The position numbers and the translations under genes are program-made. From Archangiaceae bacterium (GTDB taxonomy: Bacteria > Myxococcota > Myxococcia > Myxococcales > Myxococcaceae), in NCBI GenBank assembly GCA_043750125.1, contig JAYVCD010000070.1, forward strand, positions 1-22,225: 22,225 nt of DNA, given 5' to 3'. This document shows, one piece after another, positions 8,403 through 15,993 of the stretch. The notes beneath the pieces were generated by a model. The model searched no databases. It was not told where the DNA came from and saw nothing but the letters and a program-made list of their open reading frames with translations. Position 1 is the first letter of the stretch. Every line of letters starts with the position of its first letter.

Positions 8403-9197
8403 TCAGGCGGGGCGGACCCCGGCGCTGACGGGGGCGAGCATCACCTGCACCCGGGTTCCGAAGCGCTTGCTGCTGGCGATGGTCATGCCCCCACCCATCG
8501 ACGTGATCAGCCGGTAGGCGAACGGAAGTCCGAACACGCTCATTCCGGCCTGGGCATGAAGGGGAAGATCGAACGCACGCGCGGCAGCTTCCGGCGCCAT
8601 CCCGCTGCCGGTGTCGGCCACTTCGAGCACGACTTCGTTGGCGTCCTCGTCGAACCAGGAAGCGACGGTGATCGAGTGCTCTTGCGGTGCGCCTTCGGGA
8701 ATCGAGGAGCCCGCGACGACCAACAGCTTGAGCACGACGTCGGCCAGTCGCGAGCCGCTGGCGATCACCTGCGGAACCTGACCCAGCCGCTGCTCGATGC
8801 GGGCACGTCGCCCGACCAGGGGCCAGGCCATCTGAATCGCGGCCTCGACGATTCGGTTCAGGTGGGTGGGTCCGACCGGCGCGACATGACCGTCGGCGAA
8901 CAGGCGAACGCTCTCGACCACGGCATTGATTCGATCTGCGCCTTCGAGCGCCTCGGCGATCGTCGCGCTGAGCTCGCCATGACGCTCAGGGCCCAGCGCC
9001 GACGCAGCGTGACCCAGCTGTTGCTGAAGAAATTCGAGGTTGCTGCGCAGGCTCGCCAGCGGGTTCGTCAGCTCGTGCGCCACGCCGGCAGCAAGAGTGG
9101 TGGTGGCGGTGATTCGGCTCGAAGAGCTGCCGTCGTCGAGGGTCTGGGTTGAACCGGTCGACGGCGATGGATGGGGAGCAGTCCTGGAGGCGGCCAC
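8403..9197 (-). CDS. Sensorless HisKA + degenerate HATPase_c protein (histidine-kinase-like, probable pseudokinase)
   Basis: GTG start preceded by AAGGT. H-box AAGVAHELTNPL and G1 box VADTGSGM are present. N, F and G2 boxes are degenerate. No TM or sensor domain. Confidence 0.82.
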   Translation of the reverse strand: MAASRTAPHPSPSTGSTQTLDDGSSSSRITATTTLAAGVAHELTNPLASLRSNLEFLQQQLGHAASALGPERHGELSATIAEALEGADRINAVVESVRLFADGHVAPVGPTHLNRIVEAAIQMAWPLVGRRARIEQRLGQVPQVIASGSRLADVVLKLLVVAGSSIPEGAPQEHSITVASWFDEDANEVVLEVADTGSGMAPEAAARAFDLPLHAQAGMSVFGLPFAYRLITSMGGGMTIASSKRFGTRVQVMLAPVSAGVRPA

Positions 9198-9315
9198 GAG
9201 TGCACCTTAAGTTGGCGCCGCAAACCGCGCGACGGTGGGACGGACTACCACATGCTTTGACGGCTTCAGTTTCGACTGCCGCGGACAAACCTCAACTTTT
9301 TGCGAGCCGGTTGCT

Positions 9316-9356
9316 CAAAACAAAACGGGCGCCGACGCGAGTTGCGTGGCGCCCGT
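9316..9356 (-). terminator. Rho-independent terminator of the SH3-NlpC/P60 gene
   Basis: On the minus strand: ACGGGCGCC-ACGC-AACTC-GCGT-C-GGCGCCCGT (stem spans 9325-9356) followed by TTTGTTTTG, beginning 23 nt after the stop at 9380. Confidence 0.85.
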
Positions 9357-9379
9357 CAAAACCTGGAACAGCGAAAGGC

Positions 9380-10273
9380 TCAGTAGCCGGTGCGGCGAAT
9401 CGCCTTGTACGCGCTGGAAGCCGAGCGCAGGTTGTGTTGGATGCCGTAGATGCAGCCCTTTGCTTCGTAAGCCCACATCGAGCCCCAGCCATCGCCTGAC
9501 TCGTAGAGGAACATGTGGCCCGCGCCGTTGCTGTTGAAGACGAGCGCGTCGGCCCGGGCCATCGACGAGCGCGAGACCGAGTGCCACTGAGAGCTGCCTG
9601 CCTCGAAGCTGAAGGTGCTGTAGGGGTGCGAGTCCGAAGTCAGGCTCGAGTTGCTCGAGGGCACTTCCCAGGTTTTGGCGACGAAGCCCGAGCAGTCGGC
9701 GCCGTAGCGGCCGGCGTGTCGGCAGTTGGGGCAGCTGCCCACGCACGAGCCACGGGTGCTGGAAGTTGCGCCGTTGGGGATCCACGAGCCGTGGCCCCAG
9801 TAGTACGAGAAGCCGACGCCCGACTTGGCGCGGAGGATCGCTCCATTGCGATCGTTGGAAGAGAGGTTGCCGCCGCCCGTCGTGCCGCCACCGCCACCGC
9901 CACCGCCCGACGAGACGAGCTTGAAGTAGCTGCCGTAGCTCCAGCCGGTGATGCCGTTGTACTTCACGTTGTACCAACCGCCCGAGGGGGTGGTGCGGTT
10001 GATGGTGGTGACCGTCGCGCCGCTGGGGATGACGAGGCGAACGCGGTAGCCGGTGCCAGCGCCCGTGCGGAGGTTCAGCCCCGAGGTGGTCTTGAGGTGC
10101 GAGCCGATCGGAACGCCCGACGAAAGCTCGGCGCTCACGGTGCCCACTTCGTCCACGGCTCCGGTCATCACATCACTGTCCGTCGCGTTCTCGCCCGCGG
10201 TGCCCGCACAACCGGCGAATACCATCGCCGCGACCATCCACATCCCCGTTTTGCCTGTCACCTTGGTGTTCAT
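9380..10273 (-). CDS. Lipoprotein: SH3b domain, poly-Gly linker and NlpC/P60-superfamily cysteine peptidase (putative peptidoglycan hydrolase)
   Basis: ATG at 10273 with GGAG SD (10286-10283). Lipobox VFAG|C. SH3b-like LNLRTGAGTGY.V...IP.G..V......GWYNVKYNGITGW. Catalytic-type motifs YYWGHG, GADCSGFV..TW, ADALV, GHMFLY and YEA. Confidence 0.88.
   Translation of the reverse strand: MNTKVTGKTGMWMVAAMVFAGCAGTAGENATDSDVMTGAVDEVGTVSAELSSGVPIGSHLKTTSGLNLRTGAGTGYRVRLVIPSGATVTTINRTTPSGGWYNVKYNGITGWSYGSYFKLVSSGGGGGGGGTTGGGNLSSNDRNGAILRAKSGVGFSYYWGHGSWIPNGATSSTRGSCVGSCPNCRHAGRYGADCSGFVAKTWEVPSSNSSLTSDSHPYSTFSFEAGSSQWHSVSRSSMARADALVFNSNGAGHMFLYESGDGWGSMWAYEAKGCIYGIQHNLRSASSAYKAIRRTGY
9884..9907 (-). 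repeat. Gly8 linker encoded by (GGCGGT)x3 GGCGGC
   Basis: Plus strand gccgccaccgccaccgccaccgcc between the SH3b and catalytic domains. Confidence 0.8.
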
Positions 10274-10328
10274 CTGATCGTGCTCCGAATCATCTTGTGG
10301 GTTGAAAAGACGTCGCGGCAGTCCACTT

Positions 10329-10344
10329 AGCCAGCACCGTGCCA
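10329..10344 (-). promoter_or_regulatory. sigma54 (-24/-12) promoter for the SH3-NlpC/P60 gene
   Basis: Minus strand TGGCACG-GTGC-TGGCT versus consensus TGGCACG-N4-TTGCW: one mismatch, correct GG-N10-GC spacing, 55 nt upstream of the ATG. Confidence 0.75.
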
Positions 10345-10408
10345 AGGGGGTCCTTCCGAGGAACCCACCGCTGAGGAGCAAAGAGGCTTTGCACGTTCAG
10401 GCGACTGC

Positions 10409-10432
10409 GATCGGACCAGGCGGAGTCCGATC
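10409..10432. promoter_or_regulatory. Perfect inverted repeat, candidate activator (bEBP) binding site
   Basis: GATCGGAC-N8-GTCCGATC in the divergent intergenic region, about 65-90 nt upstream of the -24 element. Confidence 0.45.
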
Positions 10433-10523
10433 CGTTCAAGTTCGCTGCGTCACCCGTGGGGTTCGGTTGTCGTCGCTTCAGCGTGACAGTGCCCGGGCTC
10501 GACGGGTGGTGTATCGAGCGGCG

Positions 10524-11645
10524 ATGAGACTCTCGCAGAACAAGATCGTCGGCGCGGTGGTCGCGGTCGCGGCGGCGCTGGTGGTCGCGGTGATGCTCTG
10601 GCCGGCGGACAAGACGAAACAGGACGACGAAAGCCCTCGCGTCGGGGCGATCGAGCCGACCGAGAAGGCGGCGTCCGCGCGCTCTCTCGAGGCGTTGCGA
10701 CAGCGCGCGCGCAACGTCGATGCGGGCGACATTCCTGCCGCCTCGGGCAATGGGCAGGGCGCGGTGTTCGCGACGTTCGGCTGGGGAAGCGGAGACGGAC
10801 AGCTGGCGCACAAGCGCCCCGAGGAAGCGAACCCCGAGGGTCCGATGAGCCTCGCGATCGACAGGCTTGGAAACGTGACGGTGCTCGACCAGGTCAACGA
10901 TCGGGTGGTGCGCATGGACAAGACGGGGAAGGTGATCGGGACGACTGCGCTGACGGTGCAGGGCGCTCAAGATGTGACGGTCGCCGCGGACGGCACGACG
11001 CTGGTGCTCGACCGGTTGATCGACAAGTCGGTGGCTGTGATTGGCCCCGACGGAAAACAGGTCGGCGAGTTGAAGCTCGAAGGGAAGAATCTCGAGGAAG
11101 GCGGCGCAGCGACCGGGATCTTCACCGATGGAGAAGACGTCTACGTCGAGCGCGAGCATGCAGACATGGTCAAGATCGGAACCACGAAGGGAAAGGCCGA
11201 CGAGGCGCGTGAGGAAGTGCCGGGTCGTTTGTCGCGCGACGGCACCGCCTACCTGACGGCCGGAATCTCGGTGCCCGGTGAAGATCGCGTCTACCTGGGC
11301 GCACTGGAAAAAGCCTCGAGAGCGCAGCGGTTTCAGCGGGAATATCGACTGGGCTCGCCGGCCGAAGGGCTGATGCTGCTCGACACGGATCGCAGCGGAG
11401 TCATCTACCTCGCCGCGCTCACGTCGGCGGCAGTGCCCAACAAGCCGGACACCGAGCGGCGACCGATGGTGCTGCTGCTGTGCCTGGACCCTCTCGATGG
11501 TCGACCGCTGGGTCGGGCCGAGCTGCCGGCGAACGTGAACGCCGACGAGACGTTTCGCGAGCTGGTCGTGGCCGATGAAGGCGGCGTTTTCTACCTCTAC
11601 CGAACCGAAGAGAAAGCGCAGATCCAGAAATACGATTGCCGCTGA
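10524..11645 (+). CDS. Exported or membrane-anchored NHL/beta-propeller-like protein
   Basis: ATG at 10524 gives MRLSQNKIVGAVVAVAAALVVAVMLWP (signal anchor); the ORF-track start at 10302 runs through the promoter region. Blade-like repeats GPMSLAIDRLGNVTVLDQVNDRVVRMD, AQDVTVAADGTTLVLDRL..KSVAVIGPDG, LDTDRSGVIYL, LVVADEGGVFYL. Confidence 0.78.
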   Translation: MRLSQNKIVGAVVAVAAALVVAVMLWPADKTKQDDESPRVGAIEPTEKAASARSLEALRQRARNVDAGDIPAASGNGQGAVFATFGWGSGDGQLAHKRPEEANPEGPMSLAIDRLGNVTVLDQVNDRVVRMDKTGKVIGTTALTVQGAQDVTVAADGTTLVLDRLIDKSVAVIGPDGKQVGELKLEGKNLEEGGAATGIFTDGEDVYVEREHADMVKIGTTKGKADEAREEVPGRLSRDGTAYLTAGISVPGEDRVYLGALEKASRAQRFQREYRLGSPAEGLMLLDTDRSGVIYLAALTSAAVPNKPDTERRPMVLLLCLDPLDGRPLGRAELPANVNADETFRELVVADEGGVFYLYRTEEKAQIQKYDCR

Positions 11646-11665
11646 AGAGCGGTTTGCTTCAGCGG
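11639..11665. terminator. Hairpin spanning the stop codons of two convergent genes (possible bidirectional terminator)
   Basis: CCGCTGAAG-N9-CTTCAGCGG, a perfect 9-bp inverted repeat; each arm contains the TGA of one gene. No U-tract. Confidence 0.45.
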
Positions 11666-13632
11666 GTCTTCATCGCGTCGACGAACGCCGCTTCGATTTC
11701 ATTGGGCCTGCGTCCGGCGGTTTCACACAGCGCTTTGAGCGCGGGCCGGTCGAGCGCCAGCGCGGCCGACTTGCCCAGCCCGGCGCGGGTAATCAGCACC
11801 GGCACCAGGTAGCGCTGCTCGGCCGCAATCACGTCGAAGGGTCCTGGCACAGAGAGAGTGGAAGAGATCGCGCCCTGAAAGCCGACCACCAGCTCGCGAC
11901 GGGCGACACCGACGATCGCGGTGTGCAGCCGGAAGGTGCCCTGGTTGACCGCCAGCGCGCGCGCTTCTCTTACGTCTTTTGCAAACGCCGGGTCGGTGCG
12001 CCAGCCGCTGAGGAACCGTCGAGCTTCGGCAAGATCTTTGTCCCCAGTCACCCACGGCAAATCGGTCGACAGCTTCCAGAGGCCCCGCAGCGCTGAAGCC
12101 AGCCGGGGGGCTTCGGTTCCGAGCGCTTCTGCGCTGCGACCGCCTTCGGGCAACAGCGCCTGAAGTCCGGCCAGCCCCAGCTTCGGCAGCGCCGCGGCAA
12201 GCTGATCGAGCGCAGCGGCAGCTTCGGCATACGCACGCGTCGCAGGCTCAACGTCCACCGTGGGAGGGACCCACAGCCGAATCCGAAGATCGCTCTTCTC
12301 GTCCTGGGGCTCGGCCAGGTCCCGCCCGTCATCCGCGATCTCGCGGTGGCCTCCGGTCAGCGCGGCAAAGCCGGCTGCTCTGCGTTCTCTCCACGCGGCG
12401 TCCAGCTGAAGGCCCTTCACCTCTTCGGCGACGAGCCCGGCCAGCGCCGACTCGAAGCGGGGAAAGACGGGCGAAGCCCCTTTCGAAGGAAAAGAGAGCC
12501 GACTGTCCTGGGCTGCGGCCAACAGCTCATCGACCGCCGCGATGCGCCCTGCCCGCTCGAGCTCGGTCAAGAAGCTCGAAAAGGGAGTCGACGCCCCCTC
12601 GAACGGCGGAGGCACCGGGGGCAGTCGTTCGCCGAGCGCGTCGATGAAGGCGGCCATGTTTTCGAGCGCCTCGTCGACCTTTCCTCCCGAGCGCTCGCGG
12701 TAGTCGAGCAGAGGCTCTTGCAGAGGGCCGACACTCAACCCGTCGCGCCGCGCCCGCAAGCCGACCCAGGCGGCTTCGAGTCTGGGCTCAGCGGACAACA
12801 GCCCCAGCAGCGTCAGCGCGGCGGCCACCCCTGCGCGCGATTGGGGGAAGGGCCGGGCGAGAATGCGGGTGCGGACCCGTGCGCAGGACAGCTCGCGGTT
12901 CCAGCCGAACACGCCGGGCGCGACGACGGTGTCGGGATCCGAGCGGGCTGCGACCAGCTCAGCTTCGGCGGCCGCGGCGACTTCGGGGTTGGCTCGGGCC
13001 GCGGGCGGAAGCCGCGCAGAATCCAGACAGGCACCCGAGGCAAACAGTCGGCCCGCGAGCGTGGCGGCGCCTTCCTTCGCGTCTCCGTTGACGGTCTTCA
13101 TCCGGGCCAGGGCGCGCTCGGCAAGCCGGGCCCACAGCGCTGCGTGAATGCGCTCGCTGTCAAGAGCGATCGCCGCCTCGGCTCCTTCGAACAACCGCCG
13201 CGCGCGCCACAACGTTGCTTCCGCCGACAACAACACCTTCGGCTCTTCGGGGTGAAGCGCCGGCCGCACCAGCGCCTCGGGGGTTCTCGCCAACGGATCA
13301 TTGGACAACAACCTCGCCGGGCTGATCGCCGACAGGCTCGTCACCAAAGGCACCTGCTCTGCCCCCCGCCCTGCGCCCAGGGTGAGCAACGAGCCCTGCT
13401 TCAGCACCACCTTCGTCTCGCGAGGCAGGGCCTTGAGAAAGTCGGCCACCTTCTGCTCGCCGTGGGTGGCCAGCGCGTCGGGCGTGCTGCCGTGTTTCTT
13501 CACGGCGGTCAGATCAAACGAATACTCGAGCTCGCCCGTGGGCAGCCGCCGCACCTGGTAGGGCCAGACCTCGGCGATCGGAGCACCCGCCGCAGTCGCA
13601 GCGAGCACCGACAGCAGCAGCCAGGGTCCCAT
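11659..13632 (-). CDS. Large exported hypothetical protein, possibly a distant DUF3160 relative
   Basis: 657-aa ORF with signal peptide MGPWLLLSVLAATAAGA|P, largely helical, same strand as the che cluster. The gene is well supported; the family call is tentative. Confidence 0.75.
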   Translation of the reverse strand: MGPWLLLSVLAATAAGAPIAEVWPYQVRRLPTGELEYSFDLTAVKKHGSTPDALATHGEQKVADFLKALPRETKVVLKQGSLLTLGAGRGAEQVPLVTSLSAISPARLLSNDPLARTPEALVRPALHPEEPKVLLSAEATLWRARRLFEGAEAAIALDSERIHAALWARLAERALARMKTVNGDAKEGAATLAGRLFASGACLDSARLPPAARANPEVAAAAEAELVAARSDPDTVVAPGVFGWNRELSCARVRTRILARPFPQSRAGVAAALTLLGLLSAEPRLEAAWVGLRARRDGLSVGPLQEPLLDYRERSGGKVDEALENMAAFIDALGERLPPVPPPFEGASTPFSSFLTELERAGRIAAVDELLAAAQDSRLSFPSKGASPVFPRFESALAGLVAEEVKGLQLDAAWRERRAAGFAALTGGHREIADDGRDLAEPQDEKSDLRIRLWVPPTVDVEPATRAYAEAAAALDQLAAALPKLGLAGLQALLPEGGRSAEALGTEAPRLASALRGLWKLSTDLPWVTGDKDLAEARRFLSGWRTDPAFAKDVREARALAVNQGTFRLHTAIVGVARRELVVGFQGAISSTLSVPGPFDVIAAEQRYLVPVLITRAGLGKSAALALDRPALKALCETAGRRPNEIEAAFVDAMKTR

Positions 13633-13687
13633 TGTTAAACGTCTTCCCCGTGGGTCAGGTTGGGTTTCACGTGGCTCAGTTCCAGTG

Positions 13688-14059
13688 CTACAGCGACAGC
13701 AGCTTCTTCACGGTGTCGAGCACCACCTGCGCCTGCACCGGCTTGACGAGGTACGCGTTGGCGCCGAGCTTCAGCGCCCGGTCGCGATCCTCTTCGGCGC
13801 TCTCAGTGGTGATGACGATGATCGGCACGTGGGCGTTCGCTTCGTCCGAGCGCAGGTGGCTGATCAGCTTCAGCCCGTCGAGCACCGGCATGTTGATGTC
13901 GGTCAGCACGATGTCGAATCGGCCTTGAGAAAACTTCTTCAGGGCTTCAGCACCGTCCTGCGCTTCGACGCAGACCACCTCGGTCAGCCGCTGCAGCGCG
14001 TACATCACGCTGCGCCGCAGGGCCAGCGAGTCATCCACCACGAGTGCACGGATCGACAT
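13688..14059 (-). CDS. cheY: Single-domain response regulator CheY (downstream copy)
   Basis: ALVVDDS, LTDINMPVLDGL, IITTE, YLVKP. Start at 14059, or at 14083 overlapping the cheB stop. Confidence 0.9.
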   Translation of the reverse strand: MSIRALVVDDSLALRRSVMYALQRLTEVVCVEAQDGAEALKKFSQGRFDIVLTDINMPVLDGLKLISHLRSDEANAHVPIIVITTESAEEDRDRALKLGANAYLVKPVQAQVVLDTVKKLLSL

Positions 14060-14076
14060 TGGAGCGGCGGACGCTA

Positions 14077-15132
14077 TCACCATGCGCTCGGTCCCCGCCT
14101 GACTCGCTCTTGCAGCTCGACGAGCAAGGTGAACAGCGGCAGCACCCGCGAGACCAGGCCGGTGGCGATCGCCGCCTGGGGCATTCCGAAGATGACCGCT
14201 GTTTCCTCAGCCTCGGCCCAGACTTCTCCGCCGGCCTTGGCTATCGCCTTGACCCCTTTTTCCCCGTCGACCCCCATTCCGGTGAGCACGACGCCAAACG
14301 CCCGATTCCCGAGCGCCTTCGCGCAGCTTTCGAACAGCCGGTCGACGCTGGGGGCATGTTTGTCGGCCGGCGTCGTGGCCGGGCTGGCGATCACCAACAG
14401 GCCTTCTTTGCGCTGAAGCTCGAGGTGCCCGCCGCCGGGCGCGATGAAAGCGTGACCGGGGCGAATGCGGTCGCCTTCCTGGGCCTCGCTGACCTTCAGG
14501 CCTCCCATCTTGTCGAGCCGTTCGGCAAAGGCGTGGGTGAAGCGGGGCGGCATGTGCTGACAAATGAGAAGGCACACCGGCAGCCGAGCCATGGCCTCGA
14601 CGACTTTTTGAATCGCCGGAGGCCCTCCGGTCGAGGCGCCCACTGCGACGACGACAGGCTCGGGATCCGCGACCTTCGCCGGCGGCTTGGGGACCCGCAG
14701 CACCGGAAGCGGGGTCTTCTCGTCCTTCTTCAACAATCGAACGGCTCTGACCTTCTCGAGCAGCTCGGCGCGCACAGCCTCGAGGTTCTCTTTTCCCCCG
14801 CGAGACGGCTTGGCGACGAAGTCGAACGCCCCCAGCTCGAGCGCTTTGAAGACGTCTGAGTCGTGCGCATAGGAAGAGAGGACAATCACCGGGGTCGGCG
14901 CGTGCGCCATCAGCAGCCGCAGAAACGAGAAGCCATCGAGCTTGGGCATCTCGAGGTCGAGGGTGATGACGTCGGGCTTGAGCACGTGGGCTTTCTTCAA
15001 ACCCTCTTCGCCGTCCGCCGCGCGATCAACGACTTCGATGCCCGGAGAACCTTCGAGGATCTGGGTGATCGCTCGCCGATTCGACGGCGAGTCGTCGATC
15101 ACCAACACCCGAATCGTCTTCTGAAGCTTCAC
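14077..15132 (-). CDS. cheB: Chemotaxis REC-methylesterase CheB
   Basis: REC domain (VIDDS, TLDLEMP, FVAKP) plus methylesterase triad motifs GASTGGP, QHMP and LTGMGVDG, with PSVD.LF and FGMP. Confidence 0.96.
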   Translation of the reverse strand: MKLQKTIRVLVIDDSPSNRRAITQILEGSPGIEVVDRAADGEEGLKKAHVLKPDVITLDLEMPKLDGFSFLRLLMAHAPTPVIVLSSYAHDSDVFKALELGAFDFVAKPSRGGKENLEAVRAELLEKVRAVRLLKKDEKTPLPVLRVPKPPAKVADPEPVVVAVGASTGGPPAIQKVVEAMARLPVCLLICQHMPPRFTHAFAERLDKMGGLKVSEAQEGDRIRPGHAFIAPGGGHLELQRKEGLLVIASPATTPADKHAPSVDRLFESCAKALGNRAFGVVLTGMGVDGEKGVKAIAKAGGEVWAEAEETAVIFGMPQAAIATGLVSRVLPLFTLLVELQERVRRGPSAW

Positions 15133-15135
15133 CCT

Positions 15136-15993
15136 TCAGGCTCCTGCGGGACGGCGGTAGACGAGATCGCCGGTCAGCTGCACCAGCGCGAAGTCGGTGC
15201 TGAAGGTCAGCAGGCTTTCCGAATGGCCCAGCAGCAAGTAGCCGCCCGCGACCAGCTGTTCCCAGAACGAGTGGACCACTCTGCGACGCGCGCCGGGCTC
15301 GAGGTAGATGAGCACGTTGCGACAAAAAATCGCGTCCATTCGCGGCAGCAGCTTGAGGCCCGCTTCATCGAGCAGGTTCAAGTGCCCGAACGAGACGCGA
15401 TTCTTCAGCGGCGCCTTGACCCGAAACCGACCCGGCCCGTGGGAATCGAAATGGCGGGCCAGCTGGGGAGCAGTCGTGGTGCGCAACGCCGAGCTTCCGT
15501 ACTCGGCGGCGCGCGCGGCGGTGAGCATGCGGCGCGAAATGTCGGTGCCGTGAATCTGAACGTCCCAGCCGTCGAAGAGGCCGGTCTCAGCGATCAACAT
15601 CGCCAGGGTGTACGGCTCTTCACCCGACGAGCACCCCGCCGACCACAGCCGCAACTTGCGCGTCCCCGCGTTCTGTACGCTGAGCAACGGCAGCAGCTCG
15701 CGCTTGAAAGAATCGAGCTGGGCTGGCTCGCGGAAAAAATAGGTTTCGTGGGGGACGAGCAGCTCGATCGCCAGCTCGACTTCCTCTTTGCCGCGCCCGT
15801 CGAAGCACAGGTACCGGTAGTAGGAGGCATAGTCTCGCAGCGACAAGGCCTCGAGCCGGGGCCACAACCGGCGCTCGACGACGTACTTCAGATCCTCTCG
15901 CAGCTGCAGCCCACACGCATCGAGCAGCAGCTCTTTGAGCAGGCGGAACTCTTCGGACGTGAGCAGCGGCCTGACTTCTTCCTCGTAGGCCAT
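15136..15993 (-). CDS. cheR: Chemotaxis methyltransferase CheR
   Basis: True start ATG 15993 (TGATG overlap with the HEAT gene). ETYFFRE, WSAGCSSGEEPY, GTDIS, IFCRNVLIY, LGHSE. No C-terminal TPR extension. Confidence 0.96.
   Translation of the reverse strand: MAYEEEVRPLLTSEEFRLLKELLLDACGLQLREDLKYVVERRLWPRLEALSLRDYASYYRYLCFDGRGKEEVELAIELLVPHETYFFREPAQLDSFKRELLPLLSVQNAGTRKLRLWSAGCSSGEEPYTLAMLIAETGLFDGWDVQIHGTDISRRMLTAARAAEYGSSALRTTTAPQLARHFDSHGPGRFRVKAPLKNRVSFGHLNLLDEAGLKLLPRMDAIFCRNVLIYLEPGARRRVVHSFWEQLVAGGYLLLGHSESLLTFSTDFALVQLTGDLVYRRPAGA

Noticed and set aside
8520..8580. Frameshift as the cause of the degenerate F/G2 boxes in the kinase-like gene
   Set aside because: The alternative frames checked by eye do not restore an FTTK or GTGLGL motif, and the N-box is independently degenerate.
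9198..9379. Possible ncRNA, riboswitch or small ORF in the kinase-NlpC/P60 gap
   Set aside because: The strong hairpin is explained as a terminator. No riboswitch or tRNA consensus was recognised, and the short ORFs lack SD sequences or motifs. A covariance-model search could still overturn this.
9884..9907. Hexamer repeat as a phase-variation switch
   Set aside because: The unit is a multiple of three with only about three copies; slippage would merely change Gly-linker length.
10274..10523. Overlapping extended starts of the NlpC/P60 ORF (10381) and propeller ORF (10302)
   Set aside because: Signal sequences begin at 10273 and 10524, and the interval holds an SD, a sigma54 motif and a palindrome, so it is intergenic.
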